A DNA stretch of 64,000 nucleotides. It comes from a virus. Positions 32,253 through 40,593 of the stretch are shown one piece after another. The translations under genes and the position numbers were made by a program. The notes under the pieces are model-generated. The model saw nothing but the letters and a program-made list of their open reading frames with translations, was not told where the DNA came from and searched no databases. The stretch's first letter is position 1; every line of letters begins with the position of its first letter. The stretch covers positions 82,038-146,037 of the IMG/VR virus record IMGVR_UViG_3300023174_000064. One strand, written 5' to 3'.

Positions 32253-32324
32253 TAGGATACCAGAGACTCGAACTCTGCAATAGATCGTTATAAGCGATCC
32301 TGTCCCACCCGAGACTTGTATCCC
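32253..32324 (-). tRNA. tRNA-Ile(TAT)
   Basis: Acceptor GGGATAC/GTATCCT; anticodon arm GATCG-CTTATAA-CGATC; atypical D arm. Confidence 0.8.
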
Positions 32325-32330
32325 ATGCGC

Positions 32331-32585
32331 TTATTCTACCTCAGATTCAGCAGAAAGCAAGTTAATTCGTGACTTTTTATTAGCAATATGTCCGTTTTCA
32401 TTACGAATCATGTAGTTGGACTTTTGACGGTCGTGGTCATTACCAAGACGGTAATTGATATCAGTAATGCCCATACCAATTAATTCTTCCTTATGGGCAT
32501 CAAGGAAAGCAATAAACTTATTGCAAGCATCCATTGAATCTGATTCAGGTGTTGTCAGTGGAAAGTCCATGTGCAGTCGAAACAT
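32331..32585 (-). CDS. Hypothetical protein
   Basis: ORF; start uncertain. Confidence 0.55.
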   Translation of the reverse strand: MFRLHMDFPLTTPESDSMDACNKFIAFLDAHKEELIGMGITDINYRLGNDHDRQKSNYMIRNENGHIANKKSRINLLSAESEVE

Positions 32586-32739
32586 CGATTGGCTCCTGTT
32601 CTTGTGTGATGTACTGTCTAATCTGATCTCGTAGCTGTACCATACGGCCACGAATTACTGTGAGTTGTGCACTCATCTGATCTAGTTCTGCTTGTAGCAC
32701 ATCTAACGCTTGTAGATCACTAGGTTTAGGTTGTCTCAT
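32545..32739 (-). CDS. Hypothetical coiled-coil protein
   Basis: ATGA overlap with deaminase-like gene. Confidence 0.55.
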   Translation of the reverse strand: MRQPKPSDLQALDVLQAELDQMSAQLTVIRGRMVQLRDQIRQYITQEQEPIDVSTAHGLSTDNT

Positions 32740-33107
32740 AGAGTAATAATTCCTTGATCTGTAGTGTAATGAATTTCATGAAAGATTTCTTGACACCACG
32801 GAAGGCAAAGTTCACACGGCCTTGCAATACGAAGTTCCCCAAATCGATTAAAACGAACATTAAGGAGAGTTAGCTTCTTGTCACGAAGATTTCTAGGAAC
32901 CTTACGATAAGCGTCCAGTTCGGAGTGCATTTCATCAAATGCGTATCCAATAACCTTGGCCTTTGGGTGTGTTTTAAAAAAGTTACGACCGGTTGCTACA
33001 ATTCGATTCTTATGTAGAATAAAAGAAAGATGCTTCTTTTGGCGAGGCAATTCCATACAAAGAGGAAAAGCCTGCTCCAAATACTCATCAATAAGAGTGT
33101 TGGTCAT
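32736..33107 (-). CDS. Zinc-dependent (cytidine/dCMP-type) deaminase-like protein
   Basis: ATGRN...HSE...ARPCELC motif. Confidence 0.75.
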   Translation of the reverse strand: MTNTLIDEYLEQAFPLCMELPRQKKHLSFILHKNRIVATGRNFFKTHPKAKVIGYAFDEMHSELDAYRKVPRNLRDKKLTLLNVRFNRFGELRIARPCELCLPWCQEIFHEIHYTTDQGIITL

Positions 33108-33122
33108 AATAACTAATATACA

Positions 33123-33260
33123 TCACTTCTGCTTAGAGTCAATTTTTTTCGCAGACTTTTTCTTCTTTTTATTAAAGATATCGTCCCAGTTTTTGGAATA
33201 CTGTTCCCAGTTTACTGGTCGATATTGATCACCTTTTCCTGCTGCGTGCTTGCCGCCCAT
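33123..33260 (-). CDS. Small basic hypothetical protein (45 aa)
   Basis: MGGKHAAGKGDQYRPVNWEQYSKNWDDIF..; abuts upstream gene. Confidence 0.6.
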   Translation of the reverse strand: MGGKHAAGKGDQYRPVNWEQYSKNWDDIFNKKKKKSAKKIDSKQK

Positions 33261-33875
33261 TTATTGTTCCTTTAAATCATAATAATAATTATCGTCGTCT
33301 CCGTCTATAATCCATCTATCGCTAGATCCTTCACAACGAAATATTTTATTATCTACTTTAAAATCTGGTTTGGTTGGAAACGGTTTAGTGACAAAAGACA
33401 TATGTTTCCAATAAATTCTATTATTTGGCTGTAAAGTATAACAACCATTATCCAGTTTAATCATATGCAAACATTTATATTGTGTTGGTTCGTCACTATA
33501 CGGGTTATCATACCAATCAAACGTCATGGTGTAATCTCCCCAATGTTCAGAACCATCTTTCAGTATTACTTTTGCTCTGGAATTTTTTAGGTAATCGTAC
33601 ACAATATTTGTACAATTAATAGAAAAACAATCCCACAATTGTAGATGATCTAGTGGAATACTGGGAGCAGATTCTTTATGACACAGCATGTGTATTGGTA
33701 TTCTGCTTCTAACTAAACCATCATCAGTTAATACAGTAAATAATAAAGCAGTATCTGAATTTGATTGAGCACCAAAAACAGTAACTTTAACAAATTCACC
33801 AACATGATCTTTATGCTGGTACATTTGTTCTTTTCTCATATAACAATAGAAATGAGGAATATTAACATTTAACAT
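33261..33875 (-). CDS. Conserved phage hypothetical protein
   Basis: LQLWDCFS...LDNG...QPNNRI.W motif recurrent in aquatic phages. Confidence 0.75.
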   Translation of the reverse strand: MLNVNIPHFYCYMRKEQMYQHKDHVGEFVKVTVFGAQSNSDTALLFTVLTDDGLVRSRIPIHMLCHKESAPSIPLDHLQLWDCFSINCTNIVYDYLKNSRAKVILKDGSEHWGDYTMTFDWYDNPYSDEPTQYKCLHMIKLDNGCYTLQPNNRIYWKHMSFVTKPFPTKPDFKVDNKIFRCEGSSDRWIIDGDDDNYYYDLKEQ

Positions 33876-33885
33876 AATATTTAAA

Positions 33886-33958
33886 CTCTCGAAACTGGAC
33901 TCGAACCAGTGACCCGTGAGTTAACAGCTCACTGCTCTACCAACTGAGCTATTCGAGA
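33886..33958 (-). tRNA. tRNA-Asn(GTT)
   Basis: TAGCTCAGTTGGTAGAGC D arm; GTGAG-CTGTTAA-CTCAC. Confidence 0.93.
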
Positions 33959-33964
33959 AATTTT

Positions 33965-34240
33965 TTAATCCTTAAATCGTGTAAACTTAGGATTATTTTT
34001 GTTGTACTCTAAAACAGTTTCCTTTACGTCCATATCCGTAAGTGCTTCACTAATAGTGTTACGAATACAAAGAAGTTCATCGTAAGAGTATCCGTCAATC
34101 ATTTCATCACAGTCAGTTGCTTGAAAACAAGCAAGAAATTTGCCAGGGTTCAGAGGATCTGGAAATACTGTGATCATTGGCTTACGAACATCATCAAGAC
34201 GATTCACACCAGTTGCAACAAATACGTTTTGTTTATGCAT
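33965..34240 (-). CDS. Hypothetical protein
   Basis: ORF in operon. Confidence 0.6.
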   Translation of the reverse strand: MHKQNVFVATGVNRLDDVRKPMITVFPDPLNPGKFLACFQATDCDEMIDGYSYDELLCIRNTISEALTDMDVKETVLEYNKNNPKFTRFKD

Positions 34241-34242
34241 AA

Positions 34243-34473
34243 TTAATCCTGTAAAAATTCACGTTGATTAGAATTTTCTGTTAGACGATTACGAGAATTT
34301 TCATAATCACGACGAACATTCTCTAGAATAGTACGGTTGGCATCAAACCAACCTGCACGATACTCATCCCAATACACACCAATTTCACTAGTTGAAGGCA
34401 TCTCTCTGCCTTCCATTCGGGCATCATACCCGCTTCGATACGCTTGACCGGGAACGTACTTTGGTTGACTCAT
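34243..34473 (-). CDS. Hypothetical protein with weak RMF-like motif
   Basis: AGGAG RBS; AYRSGYDA..EG...YRAGW. Confidence 0.6.
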   Translation of the reverse strand: MSQPKYVPGQAYRSGYDARMEGREMPSTSEIGVYWDEYRAGWFDANRTILENVRRDYENSRNRLTENSNQREFLQD

Positions 34474-34595
34474 TTGATGACTCCTTTGATTGAGAAATAT
34501 TCATTCCAAATTGTATGCCTAACAAAAATATTTGAACGCAGCACAAAAAAATTAAAGTGTAAAACCAGTATTCCATACAATCCTTTCTATAAAAA

Positions 34596-34670
34596 CACAC
34601 CCGGCTGGGTTCGAACCAGCGACCTTAGCATTAGAAGTGCCACGCTCTAATCCAACTGAGCTACGGGTGT
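34596..34670 (-). tRNA. tRNA-Arg(TCT)
   Basis: TGGCA-CTTCTAA-TGCTA anticodon arm; GGTTCGAACCC. Confidence 0.92.
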
Positions 34671-34681
34671 ATGCTGATTGT

Positions 34682-35014
34682 TTAGTCAGCCCCGACTAGC
34701 TTCATGCCACCGCCTGGTGTAACAAGCTTCTTTGAAGGAGCAGAGATACCAGTCTTAAATGACATGTATTGAGTTTCAATTTCCTTCTCGGCCTTTAGAG
34801 TTAGCCACACAAAGTCAGCAGGAATATTCACGCCGTCCTTGGTGTCAGCAAAAGGCATCCAACCAATAAATGCAAGACGACCATCTGGAGTGGGAACAAG
34901 GGCCATAGGATCCTTGAGGTTCCAACCAGTGTTCGTCTTGGTTGCACGGCAAAGAACGTCTTCACCTGTCTTCATACGCATAATTAGAGTTTCAGTGTTT
35001 TCCATAGTGTTCAT
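34682..35014 (-). CDS. Conserved T4-like phage protein, possible Sm-like fold
   Basis: RMKTGEDV...LKDP...WMPF motif. Confidence 0.65.
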   Translation of the reverse strand: MNTMENTETLIMRMKTGEDVLCRATKTNTGWNLKDPMALVPTPDGRLAFIGWMPFADTKDGVNIPADFVWLTLKAEKEIETQYMSFKTGISAPSKKLVTPGGGMKLVGAD

Positions 35015-35068
35015 ATTATATCTCCTAAATTAAAAAATGCAAACACAATCACAAATTTATTTATAAAA

Positions 35069-35099
35069 AAAATCTGTCCTTTTTAAAGGGACAGATTTT
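35069..35099 (-). terminator. Intrinsic terminator
   Basis: AAATCTGTCC...GGACAGATTT hairpin with U-run on the minus strand. Confidence 0.7.
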
Positions 35100-35126
35100 C
35101 ATCGAAAAACTCAATCAAAATTTAAC

Positions 35127-35399
35127 TCAGCGAGTCTTGTAACGAGTACCGTCTGCACGGAACTTGAACACACGACGACCCGGATGAGTGTCCTTCATGA
35201 AGTATTGGGTACGACCGGTTGAACTCATACGAGTCTCAACGCTCCAGTTACCGAACTCTTCAACGATCTCGCGGATGTCGCTGATGGTTGCACGGAGGTT
35301 CTGCACGCCGAAACGAGCACGAGCCTCAGCAGCAGTCAGAGTACGGCCACGCTTGCTCAGATAGTTAATCACCTTGTTTTGCTTAGTAATAGTACGCAT
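35127..35399 (-). CDS. Winged helix-turn-helix nucleic-acid-binding protein
   Basis: VINYL..G..LTAAEARARFGVQNLRATISDIR. Confidence 0.75.
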   Translation of the reverse strand: MRTITKQNKVINYLSKRGRTLTAAEARARFGVQNLRATISDIREIVEEFGNWSVETRMSSTGRTQYFMKDTHPGRRVFKFRADGTRYKTR

Positions 35400-35512
35400 A
35401 ATAAAACCTTTCTAGAAATTTTAGGACATTCAGTTATTACCATTCACTGTCCTGTGATGAATGGCTTACGTTTAGTAAATATACACCCAAAATAACGAGT
35501 GTCAAGAAATAA

Positions 35513-35797
35513 TTAAATCTTTTCTGCGATTTCTCGCACCTTCATCCACTCTGGACGACGGTAATCATCCATGGGAGGAAATTGTGACTTCTTGAGAACT
35601 GGATGATTGAATGCTTGCTTCATGTCTGCCATGATCAAGTTAAGATCTTCAATATTAGCACCGAATACACTGGACTGACTCACAGTATGATCAATGGGTT
35701 CATCATCAATGTAATACACTTCATGAATACCATACCATGGAGTTTCATTAGTATCATCCACAATAATACGGTAATTCCAAGTTAATTTTCCACTCAT
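35513..35797 (-). CDS. Hypothetical protein
   Basis: TWNYRII...YGIHEVYY motif common in phages. Confidence 0.7.
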   Translation of the reverse strand: MSGKLTWNYRIIVDDTNETPWYGIHEVYYIDDEPIDHTVSQSSVFGANIEDLNLIMADMKQAFNHPVLKKSQFPPMDDYRRPEWMKVREIAEKI

Positions 35798-36036
35798 TGC
35801 TTGTATTCCTTTCGTTCCTGATCACGCTTCTCGCAAATCAGTTGCCATTCCTTATCATCGTTTGGAAGATAAGTGGTGGCAGCAACATCAACTTCCACCA
35901 CAGTGGCTCGCCAACCGTCTGGAAGAACCACAACACTGCCGTGTTTCATTTCTTCGTTCATTCGTGTAACTTCTTGATTTAAAGAACGATTAGAAATTGT
36001 ATGATTTGGTCGAACTAGTAAAATCTTACGTGTCAT
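35794..36036 (-). CDS. Hypothetical protein
   Basis: Overlapping start/stop with neighbours. Confidence 0.6.
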   Translation of the reverse strand: MTRKILLVRPNHTISNRSLNQEVTRMNEEMKHGSVVVLPDGWRATVVEVDVAATTYLPNDDKEWQLICEKRDQERKEYKQ

Positions 36037-36473
36037 TACTTTTTCCTTTTTCTAAACAGAGCCGCAATTCCTGCTGCCACAATTAATGTGAGTGAAGCAG
36101 GAGCAGGTACAGCCGCTGTTGTAGTGCCTTCAGAAGGAGTTAGTGGTACGCCCAAACAAAATCCTTCTACCTGATCAAACGCAACTGAAATACAAAACTG
36201 TTGATCAGACATCTGGTATGTTCCAACCAACTCGCCGTTTAGGTACAACTTATAGACCCAAAGACCAACAGCTTCTCCGGTAAACATGGTATCGCTGTAT
36301 GTTGCCAGCGGAACTGTATTACCGGAAATAGAACCACCAAATTCGGTGGCCATTGACAGGGCTGGCTTAAACTGAGGAGGCTGTGTATACGCTTGTGTGG
36401 TATACATTGATCCTTCGTATGCAGCCCTATGTGAGAACTGTCCTTGTCCGTAAAATGTAGATGTAAAACCCAT
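36036..36473 (-). CDS. PEP-CTERM-like (VPAP) sorting-domain protein
   Basis: C-terminus VPAPASLTLIVAAGIAALFRKRKK: motif, TM helix, basic tail. Confidence 0.75.
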   Translation of the reverse strand: MGFTSTFYGQGQFSHRAAYEGSMYTTQAYTQPPQFKPALSMATEFGGSISGNTVPLATYSDTMFTGEAVGLWVYKLYLNGELVGTYQMSDQQFCISVAFDQVEGFCLGVPLTPSEGTTTAAVPAPASLTLIVAAGIAALFRKRKK

Positions 36474-36483
36474 AGTATTTAAG

Positions 36484-36566
36484 TAGGAGCGACAGGACTC
36501 GAACCTGCATGATCTTGCGACCAGAACGTTTTAAGCGTTCCGTGTATGCCATTCCACCACGCTCCC
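36484..36566 (-). tRNA. tRNA-Leu(TAA)
   Basis: GAACG-CTTAAAA-CGTTC; long variable arm. Confidence 0.92.
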
Positions 36567-36571
36567 AAAAG

Positions 36572-36644
36572 TGCCCCCTGTAGGAATTGAACCTACGACC
36601 TATAGATTAAAAGTCTACTGCTCTACCAACTGAGCTAAGAGGGC
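36572..36644 (-). tRNA. tRNA-Lys(TTT)
   Basis: GTAGA-CTTTTAA-TCTAT; canonical D and T arms. Confidence 0.93.
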
Positions 36645-36695
36645 TATTCACTTGTAACTCACATAATATAGCTCAGGATTTACGGGAGTCAAGAA

Positions 36696-37859
36696 TTATT
36701 TGTTATATGCTTGCGGATAGTAAGTGGGAAACCATTCTCCCCTTTTTTGTCTTTCACGAACAGCTTTGAATCCTGCTGGATCACCTTCTAATTCGCCTTC
36801 TGGTGTAATATTAAAAGCAAGACCAGCATCACTTTGAAACATTTTTTCCATTTGTTGCCTAGTTCTATTATCTGGTGGATGTAATAAACCAACCATACTA
36901 TCTATTGCGGCGGGAGCTGCAGCTGCCATACCACCTACAACCGCACTGCCTACGCCAGACATTAAAGCTAAAGTATCAGCAGAAATTGCACCCCGTCTTG
37001 CACCACTTGGAGGTGTTTGTGGTTTCGTGGGTGTGGATGCGGAAGCTGGTGTTTGTGTTGTAGTTGGGGTTACTGGTTTTGAAACTTCTATTGTGCCTGC
37101 TCTTAATGGTCCACTAGAATAACCTTCTATTGTGCCTGCTCTTAATGGTCCACTAGAATAACCTTCTATTGTGCCTGCTCTTAATGGTCCAGAAGAAATA
37201 TTTGCTGTTGCTTTTGTTGTCTGGGGGGCTAACACATGAGGAGAAAGTATAATTTTTTTGGGATCTCTTACATTAATTATTTCATGCGGGACAACTTCTC
37301 CAATTTTTTTATCATATGCTTTTATAGCGTCTATTCCTCTTTCATCTAAAGCACTTTGTATTCGTGCTAAATAGTCAGGGTTTTTTCTATCTTTAAAATT
37401 ATCTGGAATAGATATTCCCAATCGTTCGCCCACTGTTGGTATATTTTCTCCATAACCCATTTCTATTGGATTTTCTATATTAGCATACGCAGTAATAATT
37501 CTACTACCTGGTGCGTATGAATGTGTAGTTTTACTTGTTGGTGGTTTGAAAGGACGAAGATACCATGGTTGTTTTATTTCTATACTATTTGGTATTGTTG
37601 TCAGATAACGTTCAGCATAAGTTGGACTTGAAGTCCAATATTGTCCGGGACCCCATGTATTAGTACCAAGATTATTACTTATTCTTCCTGTTTCTGCAAA
37701 ATCAAAATTTGGTGTAGCAGACGTTCCACGATATAGTGGTTGAGGTAATCCGGTTTTAGGGTCTATAGCCTTTGTTCCTTTTAAACGGGTTAAAAGATCA
37801 TTTACATAATTATTAAATGAATTATCAGATTCTGATAAAAATTGAATAAAGCTTTTCAT
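36696..37859 (-). CDS. CTS-like-tagged protein with ADP-ribosyltransferase-like domain
   Basis: MKSFIQFLSES start after TATAAATA; LYRGT...GPGQYWTSSP.YAERY ART-like motifs. Confidence 0.6.
   Translation of the reverse strand: MKSFIQFLSESDNSFNNYVNDLLTRLKGTKAIDPKTGLPQPLYRGTSATPNFDFAETGRISNNLGTNTWGPGQYWTSSPTYAERYLTTIPNSIEIKQPWYLRPFKPPTSKTTHSYAPGSRIITAYANIENPIEMGYGENIPTVGERLGISIPDNFKDRKNPDYLARIQSALDERGIDAIKAYDKKIGEVVPHEIINVRDPKKIILSPHVLAPQTTKATANISSGPLRAGTIEGYSSGPLRAGTIEGYSSGPLRAGTIEVSKPVTPTTTQTPASASTPTKPQTPPSGARRGAISADTLALMSGVGSAVVGGMAAAAPAAIDSMVGLLHPPDNRTRQQMEKMFQSDAGLAFNITPEGELEGDPAGFKAVRERQKRGEWFPTYYPQAYNK
37085..37191. repeat. 39-bp tandem repeat, about 2.7 copies (SSGPLRAGTIEGY)
   Basis: Unit cttctattgtgcctgctcttaatggtccactagaataac read directly. 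Confidence 0.9.
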
Positions 37860-37874
37860 ACTAATATTTATAAT

Positions 37875-37904
37875 AAAAAACCTCACTTTTACGTGAGGTT
37901 TTTT
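37875..37904. terminator. Bidirectional terminator
   Basis: AAAAAACCTCAC-TTTTAC-GTGAGGTTTTTT. Confidence 0.8.
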
Positions 37905-38000
37905 AAGAGTTATTTGTACGATTCTGTTAGACTCTAATCACAGACAACGCTGAAGTTGTAGCACCTTCAGAAAGCTTTTATAATATAAAATAAAGTGTCT

Positions 38001-38162
38001 TTAATAATTCTTAGCAATACTAGGAAGACGACCAAGCCGTTCTAGGGCTTCGCGGGTCTTCTTCTTGGCATTTTCAGCAATAGCAAGTTGACGATCTCGC
38101 GTAGCATTACGCTTACGCTTACGGTGCTTCATGAAAACTTTACGAGTAGGTGTGTTAGCCAT
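38001..38162 (-). CDS. Small highly basic protein (53 aa)
   Basis: MANTPTRKVFMKHRKRKRNATRDRQ...; own promoter 7 nt upstream. Confidence 0.65.
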   Translation of the reverse strand: MANTPTRKVFMKHRKRKRNATRDRQLAIAENAKKKTREALERLGRLPSIAKNY

Positions 38163-38177
38163 AATGTTTATTATATA

Positions 38178-38429
38178 CTACGGTTTAAACAAGTCAAATA
38201 ATTTATCCCAAAATCTTTTAATAAAATTTGGAAATCCTAGAGGTCCTCGTTGTAGGCTGTACTGCCAACCAGACAGATCTGTGGCTCTCATAAACTCTTC
38301 GGCACTCATTCTGGAGGACTGAGTGGAAATGCTTCTCCACAGCTTAACTTCATTAGACAACACCTTGATCTGCTTTAACAGCAGTTCTTGGTATTGTGTA
38401 TGAAGGTCTCGGCAGTTTTTATCACACAT
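38178..38429 (-). CDS. Hypothetical protein
   Basis: TAATG coupling to guaC. Confidence 0.55.
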   Translation of the reverse strand: MCDKNCRDLHTQYQELLLKQIKVLSNEVKLWRSISTQSSRMSAEEFMRATDLSGWQYSLQRGPLGFPNFIKRFWDKLFDLFKP

Positions 38430-39487
38430 TATGAAAAGATCGTATTAATTTGTCGGTTCACTCGTATAAACGTAGTACACTTTGGAAGATCCTTGAGACG
38501 AGCCGCACCAACGTATGTGCAAGCAGAACGAACACCACCAAGAATTTGTTGCATCACACCAGCCACAGGGCCTGCTGGTTCAACAAACACTCGCTTTCCT
38601 TCTGCTGCACGATATGTTGCCACTCCTCCAGAACGCTTCTCCATTGCTGCTGCTGAGGACATCCCGTAGAACTCCTTGCCCTCGTCTGTCAGCTCGCCTG
38701 CTGATTCGTCTGTACCAGCAAACATTCCACCAATCATAACAAAATCTGCACCCGCTCCAAATGCCTTGGCTACATCACCAGGACAGGTACAACCACCGTC
38801 CGATATCACGTAACCACCCAATCCGTGTGCGGCATCAGCACACTCCATGATGCACGACAGTTGCGGATAGCCAACACCAGCAACCTTGCGAGTCGTGCAG
38901 ACTGATCCAGGACCAATACCAATCTTTACAATATTTGCTCCTGCAAGAATCAGTGCTTCAGTCATTTCTCGTGTCACAACATTTCCAGCAATCAGAATAT
39001 GATCCGGAAACAATCCACGAATAGTACGAACATAATTCACAAACTTTTCAGTGTACCCGTTTGCCACATCAATACAAATAAATTTGATGGACTTATGCTT
39101 GTTTAGAATTCGTTCAGCCTTTTGAATTTCTTCCATGCTGGAATTCATGTCACCCATGCCCATGGTGTACACCACATTAGGTGGCCAGTTCACATGATCC
39201 GTGATCCAACCGTACATAAAGTTGTCCCATTCGGCTTCTGTGTAATATTTGTGAATACCACACAGTGCATTATATTCTGCTAGGCTGTCAGCCATTTGAA
39301 ACGTACCAACTGTGTCCATGTTGGCAGCAACAATCGGCACACCAGTCCATTCTTGTTCCATATTGTCTGGAAGTTTAAACGTAAACTTGCGTGCCACATC
39401 AACTTTACTGCGACTGTCAAGATTACTGCGCTTTGGGCGAATCAGAACGTCGGCAAAATCCAGCTTGATATCATCTTCAATCTTCAT
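38429..39487 (-). CDS. guaC: GMP reductase
   Basis: [41 protein letters not shown] and FYGMSS motifs. Confidence 0.95.
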   Translation of the reverse strand: MKIEDDIKLDFADVLIRPKRSNLDSRSKVDVARKFTFKLPDNMEQEWTGVPIVAANMDTVGTFQMADSLAEYNALCGIHKYYTEAEWDNFMYGWITDHVNWPPNVVYTMGMGDMNSSMEEIQKAERILNKHKSIKFICIDVANGYTEKFVNYVRTIRGLFPDHILIAGNVVTREMTEALILAGANIVKIGIGPGSVCTTRKVAGVGYPQLSCIMECADAAHGLGGYVISDGGCTCPGDVAKAFGAGADFVMIGGMFAGTDESAGELTDEGKEFYGMSSAAAMEKRSGGVATYRAAEGKRVFVEPAGPVAGVMQQILGGVRSACTYVGAARLKDLPKCTTFIRVNRQINTIFS

Positions 39488-39532
39488 AATAACAATTTAC
39501 TCCAAAAAAGTCACACAGTCAAGTAAAAAACA

Positions 39533-39772
39533 TTATTTTCCGCCAGCAGCGTAGTAACCAGAGATGGCAGAACGCAGTTTAGTCATGATTTTTGCCAAAT
39601 TACGCCAATCTTTTTGATCAAGCAGATACTCTTCGTACATACCAAGCACTTCAGCAGCAGTTTCGGCCAATTTTTGTGAAGTTTTTTCGAGAAGTTCTGA
39701 TTTTTTCTCTTCAGGCATTGGTAGATCCCCTTGTGGTTCTGGTTTTTTCTTATTGGATGTCAGTTTTTTCAT
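39533..39772 (-). CDS. Hypothetical protein
   Basis: ORF in operon. Confidence 0.55.
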   Translation of the reverse strand: MKKLTSNKKKPEPQGDLPMPEEKKSELLEKTSQKLAETAAEVLGMYEEYLLDQKDWRNLAKIMTKLRSAISGYYAAGGK

Positions 39773-40187
39773 TTCTGATCAATTTAAAAACGCGATTTGG
39801 GTAAAAACTTCTCCACTCACTAGCATCTAAGTCCCAAACTGCCATAACTCCTTGTCTATTGTATTTAGTTGCAACCGGATCTTTATCTTGCAGAGTACAT
39901 CTCATGCGTCTCATGGTTCCGTCAGTGATTTTATAAAAGAAAAGAGTGCAAACTCCTTCATTTAATTGTTCATCAATTTCGGTTGGTGAAGGATTTATTA
40001 TTTCAACAGGAGTTTTATCTTTTCTTTCCTGAATTTCTGCTAAAGATTGATCAACAAACTTTAATTCACCAATAGTTCGTAAAATTTTATTTTCACTTTT
40101 GGCAAATTTACCACTAGCATCTCGCGGTTGGAGTGCTTTTGACCACATTCCAGAAAAATCTAATGGATTTTTTTTAAATTTTGCCAT
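39750..40187 (-). CDS. WYL-like/SH3 (DUF2693-type) protein
   Basis: F.K.TDGTMRRMRCTL...VWDLDASEWRSF. Confidence 0.7.
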   Translation of the reverse strand: MAKFKKNPLDFSGMWSKALQPRDASGKFAKSENKILRTIGELKFVDQSLAEIQERKDKTPVEIINPSPTEIDEQLNEGVCTLFFYKITDGTMRRMRCTLQDKDPVATKYNRQGVMAVWDLDASEWRSFYPNRVFKLIRNEKTDIQ

Positions 40188-40188
40188 T

Positions 40189-40560
40189 TTATTCGTAAAA
40201 ATCCGGATTTTTCTTTCCGTATAGCCGAATAATTTGACCTGCAGTTGCGTTTGCTTCGTTTTCGCAGTCAGAACCTGTGTCGCCATTCAGTTCTTCACCG
40301 TTCACGTTTTGTTTGTGGTGTACAAGTTCGTGTGCAAGTGATCTGGCAACATCAAAAAGTGCTCGACCTTTGGCGTAAACTTTGATATTTTTAGTGTTTG
40401 GGCAATAATTTGCCGTTGTCATGTTGCCGTCTCGTACTTGCACCAATTCAATTTTTGGTGTATCTTGTAATTTCAGATGATCACAAGCAAATTGAACAAA
40501 ATCGTCCAATTTTTCTTCCAACAACATGGTGGTTTTTAGATATTCGTTGAATCCTAACAT
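40189..40560 (-). CDS. Small zincin-like metallopeptidase (HEXXH)
   Basis: RSLAHELVHHKQ...ENEANA; TATAAATA upstream. Confidence 0.75.
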   Translation of the reverse strand: MLGFNEYLKTTMLLEEKLDDFVQFACDHLKLQDTPKIELVQVRDGNMTTANYCPNTKNIKVYAKGRALFDVARSLAHELVHHKQNVNGEELNGDTGSDCENEANATAGQIIRLYGKKNPDFYE

Positions 40561-40593
40561 GACTCTAGTATTTATAGAAAGCTAAATATTGGT

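Noticed and set aside
30503-34650. ORF-track calls overlapping tRNAs (5' extension 30839-30907; 34444..34650)
   Set aside because: Explained by tRNA-Gly and tRNA-Arg genes
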